This document shows positions 1 to 13,348 of a stretch of DNA of 36,391 nucleotides, piece by piece. Numbering within the stretch: the first letter of the stretch is position 1; each line of letters opens with the position of its first letter. Source of the stretch: Nemertoderma westbladi (taxonomy: Eukaryota; Animalia; Xenacoelomorpha); the NCBI GenBank assembly GCA_032718475.1, contig JAUCBJ010005001.1, positions 1-36,391 of the forward strand. Direction: 5' to 3'. The position numbers and the translations under genes are program-made. The notes below the pieces were generated by a model, which did no database searches, was not told the DNA's origin, and saw nothing but the letters and a program-made list of their open reading frames with translations.

Positions 1-221
1 TGGACACTAGAATGGTTGAAGAGATCCAGTTTATTAACAAACGTAGGTCGGTCGTATAAAGAAGGAGTCAGAACAGATGGTATAGAAGTTACGTATTGCG
101 CAATAGTAAACGGTATAACATAGAATTCGTTATCGTAGAGATAAAATAGGAAGAGTTGTAAAATCATCAACCAAGCCACGACCACAGTAAACTTATACAA
201 TCGCCGAGTTAATCGATTCAT
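1..221 (-). CDS. Candidate 5' end of a type II membrane protein gene (glycosyltransferase-like topology), truncated by the window edge
   Basis: ATG at 221 and no stop down to base 1: MNRLTRRLYK-FTVVVAWLMILQLFLFYLY-DNEFYVIPFTIAQYVTSIPSVLTPSLYDRPTFVNKLDLFNHSSV. Short basic tail, one hydrophobic helix, S/T/P-rich stem and an NHS sequon. No catalytic domain is visible. Confidence 0.45.
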   Translation of the reverse strand, partial: MNRLTRRLYKFTVVVAWLMILQLFLFYLYDNEFYVIPFTIAQYVTSIPSVLTPSLYDRPTFVNKLDLFNHSSV

Positions 222-616
222 ATCACGTATTATTTGTATTTGACATCAATATAATATTTATATTAGTTCTATTTTATAATAATTATAATACTTTTTATAA
301 TATCGGGGAATATACAATATTACACACACCGATCTTTGGGAACTGGCCATAGTATAATTATAAGAGTTTGTTGATGGCTCGCCCCCCCCCTCCTAGTGCG
401 TGACATACTTTATGAACGCCCCCTTATACAAATTCTTGGTCATTTATTGAAAGTTTCAATACAATATGTCTCGTGGGACATTTATTAGCAACTTCCTCAC
501 TGAATCACTTTGTCTCACCAGTTTTCTCATTATGTATTTGTATAAATTTTGAATTAATTTATAAATTAATTTTGAATAAATTTTGAAATTTAATCTTATA
601 GACAATTTTTCTGAGT

Positions 617-2081
617 TTCTGATGGTATATAACACTTTCTGATGGTATATAACACTTTCTGATGGTATATAACACTTTCTGATGGTATATAACACTTTCT
701 GATGGTATATAACACTTTCTGATGGTATATAACACTTTCTGATGGTATATAACACTTTCTGATGGTATATAACACTTTCTGATGGTATATAACACTTTCT
801 GATGGTATATAACACTTTCTGATGGTATATAACACTTTGTGATGGTATATAACACTTTCTGATGGTATATAACACTTTCTGATGGTATATAACACTTTCT
901 GATGGTATATAACACTTTCTGATGGTATATAATACTTTCTGATGGTATATAACACTTTCTGATGGTATATAACACTTTCTGATGGTATATAACACTTTGT
1001 GAAGGTATATAACACTTTGTGATGGTATATAACACTTTCTGATGGTATATAACACTTTCTGATGGTATATAACACTTTCTGATGGTATATAACACTTTCT
1101 GATGGTATATAACACTTTCTGATGGTATATAACACTTTGTGATGGTATATAACACTTTCTGATGGTATATAACACTTTCTGATGGTATATAACACTTTCT
1201 GATGGTATATAACACTTTCTGATGGTATATAACACTTTCTGATGGTATATAACACTTTCTGATGGTATATAACACTTTCTGATGGTATATAACACTTTCT
1301 GATGGTATATAACACTTTCTGATGGTATATAACACTTTCTGATGGTATATAACACTTTCTGATGGTATTATAACACTTTCTGATGGTATATAACACTTTC
1401 TGATGGTATATAACACTTTCTGATGGTATATAACACTTTCTGATGGTATATAACACTTTCTGATGGTATATAACACTTTCTGATGGTATATAACACTTTG
1501 TGATGGTATATAACACTTTCTGATGGTATATAACACTTTCTGATGGTATATAACACTTTCTGATGGTATATAACACTTTCTGATGGTATTATAACACTTT
1601 GTGATGGTATATAACACTTTCTGATGGTATATAACACTTTCTGATGGTATATAACACTTTCTGATGGTATATAACACTTTCTGATGGTATATAACACTTT
1701 CTGATGGTATATAACACTTTCTGATGGTATATAACACTTTCTGATGGTATATAACACTTTCTGATGGTATATAACACTTTCTGATGGTATATAACACTTT
1801 CTGATGGTATTATAACACTTTCTGATGGTATTATAACACTTTCTGATGGTATTATAACACTTTCTGATGGTATATAACACTTTCTGATGGTATATAACAC
1901 TTTCTGATGGTATATAACACTTTCTGATGGTATATAACACTTTCTGATGGTATATAACACTTTCTGATGGTATATAACACTTTCTGATGGTATATAACAC
2001 TTTCTGATGGTATATAACACTTTCTGATGGTATATAACACTTTCTGATGATATATAACACTTTCTGATGGTATATAACACT
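617..2081. repeat. Minisatellite, 20-bp unit TTCTGATGGTATATAACACT, about 73 copies
   Basis: Directly visible and highly homogeneous, with occasional TTGTGATGG variants and 21-bp (+T) variants. No spacers. Confidence 0.98.
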
Positions 2082-2353
2082 ATGGCCTAGGCGAGAGACC
2101 TGGTAGCCATCCAGGTCGACCAATTGCTGCTACTTTACCATTCTTAATCGCATTTTAGCGTTTTTTTTTGACATTCCAGGTTAATTTTGGTAATTTTTTT
2201 TCTTGCAGGTGCAAACATTTTAACTGTCCCCAGCTCTCCAAAATCTCCTCTATTATTTGCGCTCTATATACCGCGTGAGATTTGACAAATTTGTGCCAAA
2301 GTTATTAACTTTTGAACATTTCTAACCCATTTATCTAATTTTTTGTACAATGA

Positions 2354-2464
2354 ACCAGGTAGAGTACCAGGTAGAGTACCAGGTAGAGTACCAGGTAGAG
2401 TACCAGGTAGAGTACCAGGTAGAGTACCAGGTAGAGTACCAGGGTAGAGTACCAGGTAGAGTAC
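2354..2464. repeat. Tandem repeat, 12-bp unit ACCAGGTAGAGT, about 9 copies
   Basis: Directly visible; accounts for the QVEY, TLPG and WYST ORFs. Confidence 0.95.
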
Positions 2465-2622
2465 ACGCATTGGGTATAGAAACTGGTGGGTTAGGTTCGG
2501 GTTCCTGGCACAGACACAAAGGACATTTTATTTTGTCATGTAAAACCCTAATCCTAAGTGACAACAATCTAAGAAATTTAGAGGAATTTTTGGCATAAAT
2601 TTAGTAACAAAAAACAACTAAC

Positions 2623-2847
2623 GATGTAGGTTATCTGGTGTGAGACGAAGACCAGCGTGTGAAGGGAAACCAAACAAATGAACAAACAACCAATCATAAC
2701 GCGCAACCGAGGGCTGCCGTAGTTACTAGGAGCTGCCATGGCAACCAATTTATCGCTGAGGAACCCGCCTGCCAGACTCCCGAAGAGACCCCCGAACTCT
2801 GTGGCGCTTAGGAAACTGCTGGCGACCACCGGCTCCAGACCTAGTTC
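2623..2847 (-). CDS. SLC37A4: Glucose-6-phosphate exchanger SLC37A4 (G6PT), coding exon 5
   Basis: Acceptor gttgcag|GAA, donor ATC|gttagt, 225 nt, phase 0-0. ELGLEPVVASSFLSATEFGGLFGSLAGGFLSDKLV resembles G6PT EVGGLVGSIAAGYLSD (MFS/OPA family). Confidence 0.9.
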
Positions 2848-2941
2848 CTGCAACAGACACACATTTATTGGAATACATTTAACACTTTTACTAGACCTAC
2901 TAAACAACTGAGTCCCGGAGATTACTGAGCTGCTAACTAAC

Positions 2942-3117
2942 TTCTATAAGGAAGAGTTGACCCCAATCGCAAGATGCGGTTTTCACGGAATAAACGACGA
3001 AATATATGCCACACAGACTCCATAGGAAAGGGTCACCTAGCAACGCCCTGGCTGAGAAAGAACTGGAGCCCGAGTCGGTGGATGGTGACTTCTTAGGTGT
3101 GTGACTCACTTCGTGTC
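2942..3117 (-). CDS. SLC37A4: SLC37A4 coding exon 4
   Basis: Acceptor tttcccag|GA, donor GAA|gttagt, 176 nt. ...LLGDPFLWSLCGIYFVVYSVKTASCDWGQLFLIE resembles G6PT SPYLW...VKTCCTDWGQFFLIQE. Not in the ORF track. Confidence 0.92.
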
Positions 3118-3266
3118 CTGGGAAAACATAAAACTAGTTAGTATTATTATTATTATACACGGCGCAGTGAATAAAATAAAGTAGTTTATTTACCTTCTCG
3201 CCCCACTTGTTACCTAGCTCGCTATGCTCGACCGGTACTATTTAATATCAAATAAACATAACTCAC

Positions 3267-3468
3267 CGCAATCTGATGGTTTATCCTTGATTAAAAAGAA
3301 GCTGAGCGTCGCCAAGCCAACAGCGACGCAACCAGCGCCGGACATTGTGCTCCTCCAACCGTAGACCCCAGACAGACTGGAGGCCAGCAAAGGGCCTGCG
3401 GTACCGGCAACATTCATCGAAGTGCTGAGAACAGACCAATAGGTACCCAGTTCATAGGGGGCGTACCA
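3267..3468 (-). CDS. SLC37A4: SLC37A4 coding exon 3
   Basis: Acceptor tcttacag|TGG, donor TGCG|gtgagt, 202 nt. WYAPYELGTYWSVLSTSMNVAGTAGPLLASSLSGVYGWRSTMSGAGCVAVGLATLSFFLIKDKPSDC resembles G6PT WF..QFGTWWAILSTSMNLAG..GP...YSWRST. Confidence 0.93.
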
Positions 3469-3551
3469 CTGTAAGATAATGACATATACATACAGGTAGG
3501 CCTACCCTTTATGTAATTTCGGACGCTATAATTTAATTCACTACCCTCTAT

Positions 3552-6500
3552 ATACCAAGGGCAACTCTCAGTACCAAAGACAACTATCTGTACCAAATAC
3601 AACTATCTGTACCAAATACAACTATCTGTACCAAAGACAACTATCTGTACCAAATACAACTATCTGTACCAAATACAACTATCTGTGCCAAAGACAACTA
3701 TCTGTACCAAAGACAACTATCTGTACCAAAGACAACTATCTGTACCAAAGACAACTATCTGTACCAAAGACAACTATCTGTACCAAAGACAACTATCTGT
3801 ACCAAATGACAACTATCTGTACCAAAGACAACTATCTGTACCAAAGACAACTATCTGTACCAAAGACAACTATCTGTACCAAAGACAACTATCTGTACCA
3901 AAGACAACTATCTGTACCAAATACAACTATCTGTCTGTACCAAAGACAACTATCTGTACGAAATACAACTATCTGTGCCAAAGACAACTATCTGTACCAA
4001 AGACAACTATCTGTACCAAAGACAACTATCTGTACCAAATACAACTATCTGTACCAAAGACAACTATCTGTACCAAAGACAACTATCTGTACCAAAGACA
4101 ACTATCTGTACCAAAGACAACTATCTGTACCAAAGACAACTATCTGTACCAAAGACAACTATCTGTACCAAAGACAACTATCTGTACCAAAGACAACTAT
4201 CTGTACCAAAGACAACTATCTGTACCAAAGACAACTATCTGTACCAAAGACAACTATCTGTACCAAAGACAACTATCTGTACCAAAGACAACTATCTGTA
4301 CCAAAGACAACTATCTGTACCAAAGACAACTATCTGTACCAAAGACAACTATCTGTACCAAAGACAACTATCTGTACCAAAGACAACTATCTGTACCAAA
4401 GACAACTATCTGTACCAAAGACAACTATCTGTACCAAAGACAACTATCTGTACCAAAGACAACTATCTGTACCAAAGACAACTATCTGTACCAAAGACAA
4501 CTATCTGTACCAAAGACAACTATCTGTACCAAAGACAACTATCTGTACCAAAGACAACTATCTGTCTGTACCAAAGACAACTATCTGTACCAAAGACAAC
4601 TATCTGTACCAAAGACAACTATCTGTACCAAAGACAACTATCTGTACCAAAGACAACTATCTGTACCAAAGACAACTATCTGTACCAAAGACAACTATCT
4701 GTACCAAAGACAACTATCTGTACCAAAGACAACTATCTGTACCAAAGACAACTATCTGTAACAAAGACAACTATCTGTACCAAAGACAACTATCTGTACC
4801 AAAGACAACTATCTGTACCAAAGACAACTATCTGTACCAAAGACAACTATCTGTACCAAAGACAACTATCTGTACCAAAGACAACTATCTGTACCAAAGA
4901 CAACTATCTGTACCAAAGACAACTATCTGTACCAAAGACAACTATCTGTACCAAAGACAACTATCTGTACCAAAGACAACTATCTGTACCAAGGACAACT
5001 ATCTGTACCAAAGACAACTATCTGTACCAAGGACAACTATCTGTACCAAAGACAACTATCTGTACCAAAGACAACTATCTGTACCAAAGACAACTATCTG
5101 TACCAAAGACAACTATCTGTACCAAGGACAACTATCTGTACCAAAGACAACTATCTGTACCAAAGACAACTATCTGTAACAAAGACAACTATCTGTACCA
5201 AAGACAACTATCTGTATTCTGTACCAAAGACAACTATCTGTACCAAAGACAACTATCTGTACCAAAGACAACTATCTGTACCAAAGACAACTATCTGTAC
5301 CAAAGACAACTATCTGTACCAAAGACAACTATCTGTGCCAAAGACAACTATCTGTACCAAAGACAACTATCTGTACCAAAGACAACTATCTGTACCAAGG
5401 ACAACTATCTGTACCAAAGACAACTATCTGTACCAAGGACAACTTTCTGTACCAAAGACAACTATCTGTACCAAAGACAACTATCTGTACCAAAGACAAC
5501 TATCTGTACCAAGGACAACTATCTGTACCAAAGACAACTATCTGTACCAAAGACAACTATCTGTACCAAAGACAACTATCTGTACCAAAGACAACTATCT
5601 GTACCAAAGACAACTATCTGTACCAAAGACAACTATCTGTACCAAGGACAACTATCTGTACCAAAGACAACTATCTGTACCAGAGACAACTATCTGTACC
5701 AAAGACAACTATCTGTACCAAAGACAACTATCTGTACCAAAGACAACTATCTGTACCAAGGACAACTATCTGTACCAAAGACAACTATCTGTACCAAAGA
5801 CAACTATCTGTACCAAAGACAACTATCTGTACCAAGGACAACTATCTGTACCAAGGACAACATTATACACCAAGGATAACTATCTGTACCAAAGACAACT
5901 ATCTGTACCAAGGACAACTATCTGTAACAAAAACAACTATCAGTACCAAAGACAACTATCTGTAACAAAGACAACTATCTGTACCAAGGATAACTATCTG
6001 TACCAAAGACAACTATCTGTACCAAGGACAACTATCCGTACCAAAGACAACTATCTGTACCAAAGACAACTATCTGTACCAAGGACAATTCTCTGTACCA
6101 AAGACAACTATCTGTAACAAAGACAACTATCTGTACCAAGGATAACTATCTGTACCAAAGACAACTATCTGTACCAAATACAACTATCTGTACCAAAGAC
6201 AACTATATGTACCAAAGACAACTATCTGTCTGTACCAAAGACAACTATCTGTACCAAAGACAACTATCTGTACCAAAGACAACTATCTGTACCAAGGACA
6301 ACTATCTGTACCAAAGACAACTATATGTACCAAAGACAACTATCTGTACCAAAGACAACTATCTGTACCAAAGACAACTATCTGTACTGTACCAAAGACA
6401 ACTATCTGTACCAAAGACAACTATCTGTACCAAGGACAACTATCTGTACCAAAGACAACTATCTGTACCAAAGACAACTATCTGTACCAAGGACAATTCT

Positions 6501-9500
6501 CTGTACCAAAGACAACTATCTGTACCAAGGACAACTATCTGTACCAAAGACAACTATCTGTACCAAAGACAACTATCTGTACCAAGGACAATTCTCTGTA
6601 CCAAAGACAACTATCTGTAACAAAGACACCAACTATCTGTACCAAGGATAACTATCTGTACCAAAGACAACTATCTGTACCAAGGACAACTATCTGTACC
6701 AAAGACAACTATATGTACCAAAGACAACTATCTGTACCAAAGACAACTATCTGTACCAAGGACAACTTTCTGTACCAACGACAACTATCTGTACCAAAGA
6801 CAATTATCTGTACCAAAGACAAACCAAAGACAATTATCTGTACCAAAGACAACTATCTGTACCAAAGACAACTATCTGTACCAAAGACAACTATCTGTGC
6901 CAAAGACAATTATCTGTACCAAAGACAACTATCTGTACCAAAGACAACTATCTGTACCAAAGACAACTATCTGTACCAAAGACAACTATCTGTACCAAAT
7001 ACAACTATCTGTCTGTACCAAAGACAACTATCTGTAAGAAATACAACTATCTGTGCCAAAGACAACTATCTGTACCAAAGACAACTATCTGTACCAAAGA
7101 CAACTATCTGTACCAAAGATAACTATCTGCACCAAGGACAACTATCTGTACCAAAGACAACTATCTGTACCAAAGACAACTCTCTGTACAAAAGACAACT
7201 ATCTGTACCAAGGACAACTATCTGTACCAAAGACAACTATCTGTACCAAAGACAACTATTTGTACCAAAGACAACTATCGGTACCAAAGACAACTATCTG
7301 TACCAAAGACAACTATCTGTACCAAAGACAACTATCTGTACCAAGGACAACTATCTGTACCAAGGACAACATTATACACCAAGGATAACTATCTGTACCA
7401 AAGACAACTATCTGTACCAAGGACAACTATCTGTACCAAGGACAACTATCTGTACCAAAGACAACTATCTGTACCAAAGACAACTATCTGTACCAAGGAC
7501 AACTATCTGTACCAAAGACAACTATCTGTACCAAAGACAACTCTCTGTACAAAAGACAACTATCTGTACCAAGGACAACTATCTGCACCAAAGCCAACTA
7601 TCTGTACCAAAGACAACTATCTGTACCAAAGACAACTATCTGTACCAAAGACAACTATCTGTACCAAAGACAACTATCTGTACCAAGGACAACTATCTGT
7701 ACCAAGGACAACATTATACACCAAGGATAACTATCTGTACCAAAGACAACTATCTGTACCAAGAACAACTATCTGTAACAAAGACAACTATCAGTACCAA
7801 AGACAACTATCTGTAACAAAGACAACTATCTGTACCAAGGATAACTATCTGTACCAAAGACAACTATCTGTACCAAGGACAACTATCCGTACCAAAGACA
7901 ACTATCTGTACCAAAGACAACTATCTGTACCAAGGACAATTCTCTGTACCAAAGACAACTATCTGTAACAAAGACAACTATCTGTACCAAGGATAACTAT
8001 CTGTACCAAAGACAACTATCTGTACCAATGACAACTATCTGTACCAAAGACAACTATATGTACCAAAGACAACTATCTGTACCAAAGACAACTATCTGTA
8101 CCAAAGACAACTATCTGTACCAAAGACAACTATCTGTACCAAAGACAACTATCTGTACCAAGGACAACTATCTGTACCAAAGACAACTATCTGTACCAAA
8201 GACAACTATCTGTACCAAGGACAATTCTCTGTACCAAAGACAACTATCTGTAACAAAGACAACTATCTGTACCAAGGATAACTATCTGTACCAAAGACAA
8301 CTATCTGTACCAAGGACAACTATCTGTACCCAAGACAACTATATGTACCAAAGACAACTATCTGTACCAAAGACAACTATCTGTACCAAAGACAACTATC
8401 TGTACCAACGACAACTATCTGTACCAAAGACAATTATCTGTACCAAAGACAACTATCTGTACCAAAGACAACTATCTGTACCAAAGACAACTATCTGTAC
8501 CAAATACAACTATCTGTCTGTACCAAAGACAACTATCTGTAAGAAATACAACTATCTGTGCCAAAGACAACTATCTGTACCAAAGACAACTATCTGTACC
8601 AAAGACAACTATCTGTACCAAAGATAACTATCTGCACCAAGGACAACTATCTGTACCAAAGACAACTATCTGTACCAAAGACAACTCTCTGTACAAAAGA
8701 CAACTATCTGTACCAAGGACAACTATCTGTACCAAAGACAACTATCTGTACCAAAGACAACTATTTGTACCAAAGACAACTATCGGTACCAAAGACAACT
8801 ATCTGTACCAAAGACAACTATCTGTACCAAAGACAACTATCTGTACCAAGGACAACTATCTGTACCAAGGACAACATTATACACCAAGGATAACTATCTG
8901 TACCAAAGACAACTATCTGTACCAAGGACAACTATCTGTACCAAGGACAACTATCTGTACCAAAGACAACTATCTGTACCAAAGACAACTATCTGTACCA
9001 AGGACAACTATCTGTACCAAAGACAACTATCTGTACCAAAGACAACTCTCTGTACAAAAGACAACTATCTGTACCAAGGACAACTATCTGCACCAAAGCC
9101 AACTATCTGTACCAAAGACAACTATCTGTACCAAAGACAACTATCTGTACCAAAGACAACTATCTGTACCAAAGACAACTATCTGTACCAAGGACAACTA
9201 TCTGTACCAAGGACAACATTATACACCAAGGATAACTATCTGTACCAAAGACAACTATCTGTACCAAGAACAACTATCTGTAACAAAGACAACTATCAGT
9301 ACCAAAGACAACTATCTGTAACAAAGACAACTATCTGTACCAAGGATAACTATCTGTACCAAAGACAACTATCTGTACCAAGGACAACTATCCGTACCAA
9401 AGACAACTATCTGTACCAAAGACAACTATCTGTACCAAGGACAATTCTCTGTACCAAAGACAACTATCTGTAACAAAGACAACTATCTGTACCAAGGATA

Positions 9501-12500
9501 ACTATCTGTACCAAAGACAACTATCTGTACCAATGACAACTATCTGTACCAAAGACAACTATATGTACCAAAGACAACTATCTGTACCAAAGACAACTAT
9601 CTGTACCAAAGACAACTATCTGTACCAAAGACAACTATCTGTACCAAAGACAACTATCTGTACCAAGGACAACTATCTGTACCAAAGACAACTATCTGTA
9701 CCAAAGACAACTATCTGTACCAAGGACAATTCTCTGTACCAAAGACAACTATCTGTAACAAAGACAACTATCTGTACCAAGGATAACTATCTGTACCAAA
9801 GACAACTATCTGTACCAAGGACAACTATCTGTACCCAAGACAACTATATGTACCAAAGACAACTATCTGTACCAAAGACAACTATCTGTACCAAAGACAA
9901 CTATCTGTACCAACGACAACTATCTGTACCAAAGACAATTATCTGTACCAAAGACAACTATCTGTACCAAAGACAACTATCTGTACCAAAGACAACTATC
10001 TGTACCAAAGACAACTATCTGTACCAAAGACAACTATCTGTACCAAAGACAACTATCTGTACCAAGGACAACTATCTGTACCAAGGACAACATTATACAC
10101 CAAGGATAACTATCTGTACCAAAGACAACTATCTGTACCAAGAACAACTATCTGTAACAAAGACAACTATCAGTACCAAAGACAACTATCTGTAAAAAAG
10201 ACAACTATCTGTACCAAGGATAACTATCTGTACCATAGACAACTATCTGTACCAAGGACAACTATCCGTACCAAAGACAACTATCTGTACCAAAGACAAC
10301 TATCTGTACCAAGGACAATTCTCTGTACCAAAGACAACTATCTGTAACAAAGACAACTATCTGTACCAAGGATAACTATCTGTACCAAAGACAACTATCT
10401 GTACCAATGACAACTATCTGTACCAAAGACAACTATATGTACCAAAGACAACTATCTGTACCAAAGACAACTATCTGTACCAAAGACAACTATCTGTACC
10501 AAAGACAACTATCTGTACCAAAGACAACTATCTGTACCAAGGACAACTATCTGTACCAAAGACAACTATCTGTACCAAAGACAACTATCTGTACCAAGGA
10601 CAATTCTCTGTACCAAAGACAACTATCTGTAACAAAGACAACTATCTGTACCAAGGATAACTATCTGTACCAAAGACAACTATCTGTACCAAGGACAACT
10701 ATCTGTACCCAAGACAACTATATGTACCAAAGACAACTATCTGTACCAAAGACAACTATCTGTACCAAAGACAACTATCTGTACCAACGACAACTATCTG
10801 TACCAAAGACAATTATCTGTACCAAAGACAACTATCTGTACCAAAGACAACTATCTGTACCAAAGACAACTATCTGTACCAAAGACAACTATCTTTACCA
10901 AAGACAACTATCTGTACCACGGACTACTTTCTGTACCACGGACAACTTTCTGTACCAAAGAAAACTATCTGTACCAAGGACAACTTTATATACCAAAGAC
11001 AACTTTCTATACAAAGGACAACATCCTATACCAAGGATAACTATCTGTACCAAGGACAACTTTCTGTACCAAAGAAAACTATCTGTACCAAGGACAACTT
11101 TCTGGACCAAAGAAAACTATCTGCACCAAGGACAACTTTATATACCAAGGACAACTTCATATACCAAGGACAACTTTATGTACCAAAGACAACTATCTAT
11201 ACCACAGATAACTTTCTAAACCATGGACAACATTCTATACCAAAGACAACTTTCTCTACAAAGGACAACATCCTATACCAAGGATAACTATATGTACCAA
11301 GGACAACATCCTATACCAAGGACAACTATATATCTGTACCAAAGACAAATATCTGTACCAAGAACAACTTTATGTACCAAATACAACTATATATCTGTAC
11401 CAAGGACAACTCTCTGTATACCAAAGACAACTATCTGTACCAAAGGACAAATTCTATACCAAAGACAACTATCTGCACCAAAGAAAATATTCTGTACCAA
11501 GGATAACTATCCGTACCAAGGACAACTTTCTGTACCAAATACAACTATATATTTGTACCAAGGACAACTCTCTGTATACCAAAAACAACTATCTGTACCA
11601 AAGGACAACTTTCTGTACCAAAGACAACTATCTGCACCAAACAAAATATTATGTACCAAGGATAACTATCCGTACCAAGGACAACTTTCTGTACCAAATA
11701 CAACAATATATGTACCAAGGACAACTCTCTGTATAACAAAGACAACTATCTGTACCAAAGGACAACTTTCTATACCAAAGAAAGAAAACTTTCTAAACCA
11801 AGGACAATTTTATGTACAAGTACAACTTTCTGTACCAGACAACTTTATGTAGCAAAGACAACTTTCTGTACCACGGACAACTTTATATACCAATGACAAC
11901 TTTTTGCACCAAGGACAACTATCTTTACCAAAGACAACTATCTGTACCAAGGACAACTTTCTGTACCAAAGACAACTATCTGTACCAAAGATAACTTTCT
12001 AAACCACGGACAACTTTCTATACCAAAGACAACTTTCTCTACAAAGGACAACATCCTATACCGGTACTAAGGATAATTATATGTACCAAGGACAATATCC
12101 TATACCAAGGACAACTATATATCTGTACCAAAGACAACTATCTGTACCAAAGACAACTTTCTGTGCCAAAGACAACTTTCTAAACCAAGGACAATTTTCT
12201 GTACCAAGTACAACTTTCTGTACCAAAGACAACTTTATATACCAAAGACAACATTCTGTACCACGGACAACTTTCTATACCAATGACAACTATCTTTACC
12301 ATGGAAACTTTCAATATCACTAAGGGCAATTCTCAGTACCAAAGACAACGTTGTGTACCATGTACCAAGGACTACTTTCTGTACCACGGACAACTTTCTG
12401 TACCAAGGACAACTTTCTATACAAAGGACAACTTTCTGTACCAAGGACAACTTTCTATACCAAGGACAACTTTCTATACCACGGACAACTTTCTATACCA

Positions 12501-12525
12501 AAGGCAACTTTCTGTACTATGGACA
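3552..12525. repeat. Minisatellite, 19-bp unit CTATCTGTACCAAAGACAA, about 9 kb (roughly 470 units), filling SLC37A4 intron 2
   Basis: Directly visible. Homogeneous at about 3600-5800, variant-rich with 1505-bp and 874-bp higher-order duplications at about 6900-10900, degenerate at about 10900-12525. Confidence 0.98.
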
Positions 12526-12638
12526 CCTCTTTGTTACTTTTAATTACTTGACAACGAATGAAGGCGCTAATAGTATCAAACTTAAAACAATGCTTAACAT
12601 TTATATTTCTATAAATTTATCAACTGTTCTCCACTAAC

Positions 12639-12871
12639 CATTTTTATAAGTTTACCGCAAGCGGGCCACCCAAGGCCCTGGGCTAGTCCGTTAATAAACC
12701 ACAGACTGGCGTAGATCAGGGGCCCGTCTGTTTGTGCGAATACAATGTTGACTAGCCCAACCAATGAGAGACCAGTAACAAATAACAGACGGGAGGATTG
12801 GCTGTCAGATAGAATACCACCAATAAATTTGCTGATGGCGTAAGCGACCATCATACTGCTCGCAATAAGAC
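12639..12871 (-). CDS. SLC37A4: SLC37A4 coding exon 2
   Basis: Acceptor ttgtacag|GT, donor ATG|gttagt, 233 nt. [30 protein letters not shown]...[22 protein letters not shown] resembles G6PT AYAISKFVSGVLSD...[18 protein letters not shown]. Confidence 0.95.
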
Positions 12872-13197
12872 CTGTACAAATATAAGCGAAGATTATAATC
12901 ATCTAACAGGTTATGCTGTTATGAAACCTACAGATATGTATGGGGGGAGGGGAGGGGACTTTCAACCCAATCATAATGTATCCCTCACCCACCAGTCAGG
13001 GGAAAACCTGGTACTTTCCCAAAATTGATAGGTCTAATTTAACATTTGGAGACAAGATATTAATTAGCCGAGAAGGGATTTGCGTCAAGTCCCCTCCCTG
13101 CCTCCTCCCATGCTAGGCTAGGCTAGACTCTGAGACTAGACCTAAGCACTAAGAGTTACGTTTAAGTTATTCAATTAGAATATGAAACTCAACCAAC

Positions 13198-13348
13198 CAA
13201 GTGAATCCTTATCCAAGGGGTCCTCTTTCGTGATGTTTGGTAGAACAAAGGAAAATGTTTTTCTACAAAAATAAAAACAACTATATCCGCAGTAGATTGT
13301 AACAAAGATTAGCAATCTATGGCGTCGGTAATTCTCTGTCGATCCCAT
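13198..13348 (-). CDS. SLC37A4: SLC37A4 first coding exon
   Basis: ATG at 13348, donor CTTG|gttggt, 151 nt. MGSTENYRRHRLLIFVTIYCGYSCFYFCRKTFSFVLPNITKEDPLDKDSL resembles G6PT GYSLYYFNRKTFSFVMP...PLDKDDLG and keeps the substrate-binding Arg (RKTF). Exons 1-5 total 987 nt in one frame. Confidence 0.93.

Noticed and set aside
456-2123. Long repetitive ORFs (LYTIRKCYIPSESVIYHQKV)n
   Set aside because: The 20-bp unit is stop-free on one strand, so all three frames give the same peptide. Indels shift frame freely and there is no synonymous variation.
3685-12637. Cys/Tyr-rich repeat ORFs (PKTTICTKDNYLYQRQLSV)n
   Set aside because: Translation artefact of the 19-bp unit, antisense within an intron bounded by good SLC37A4 splice sites.
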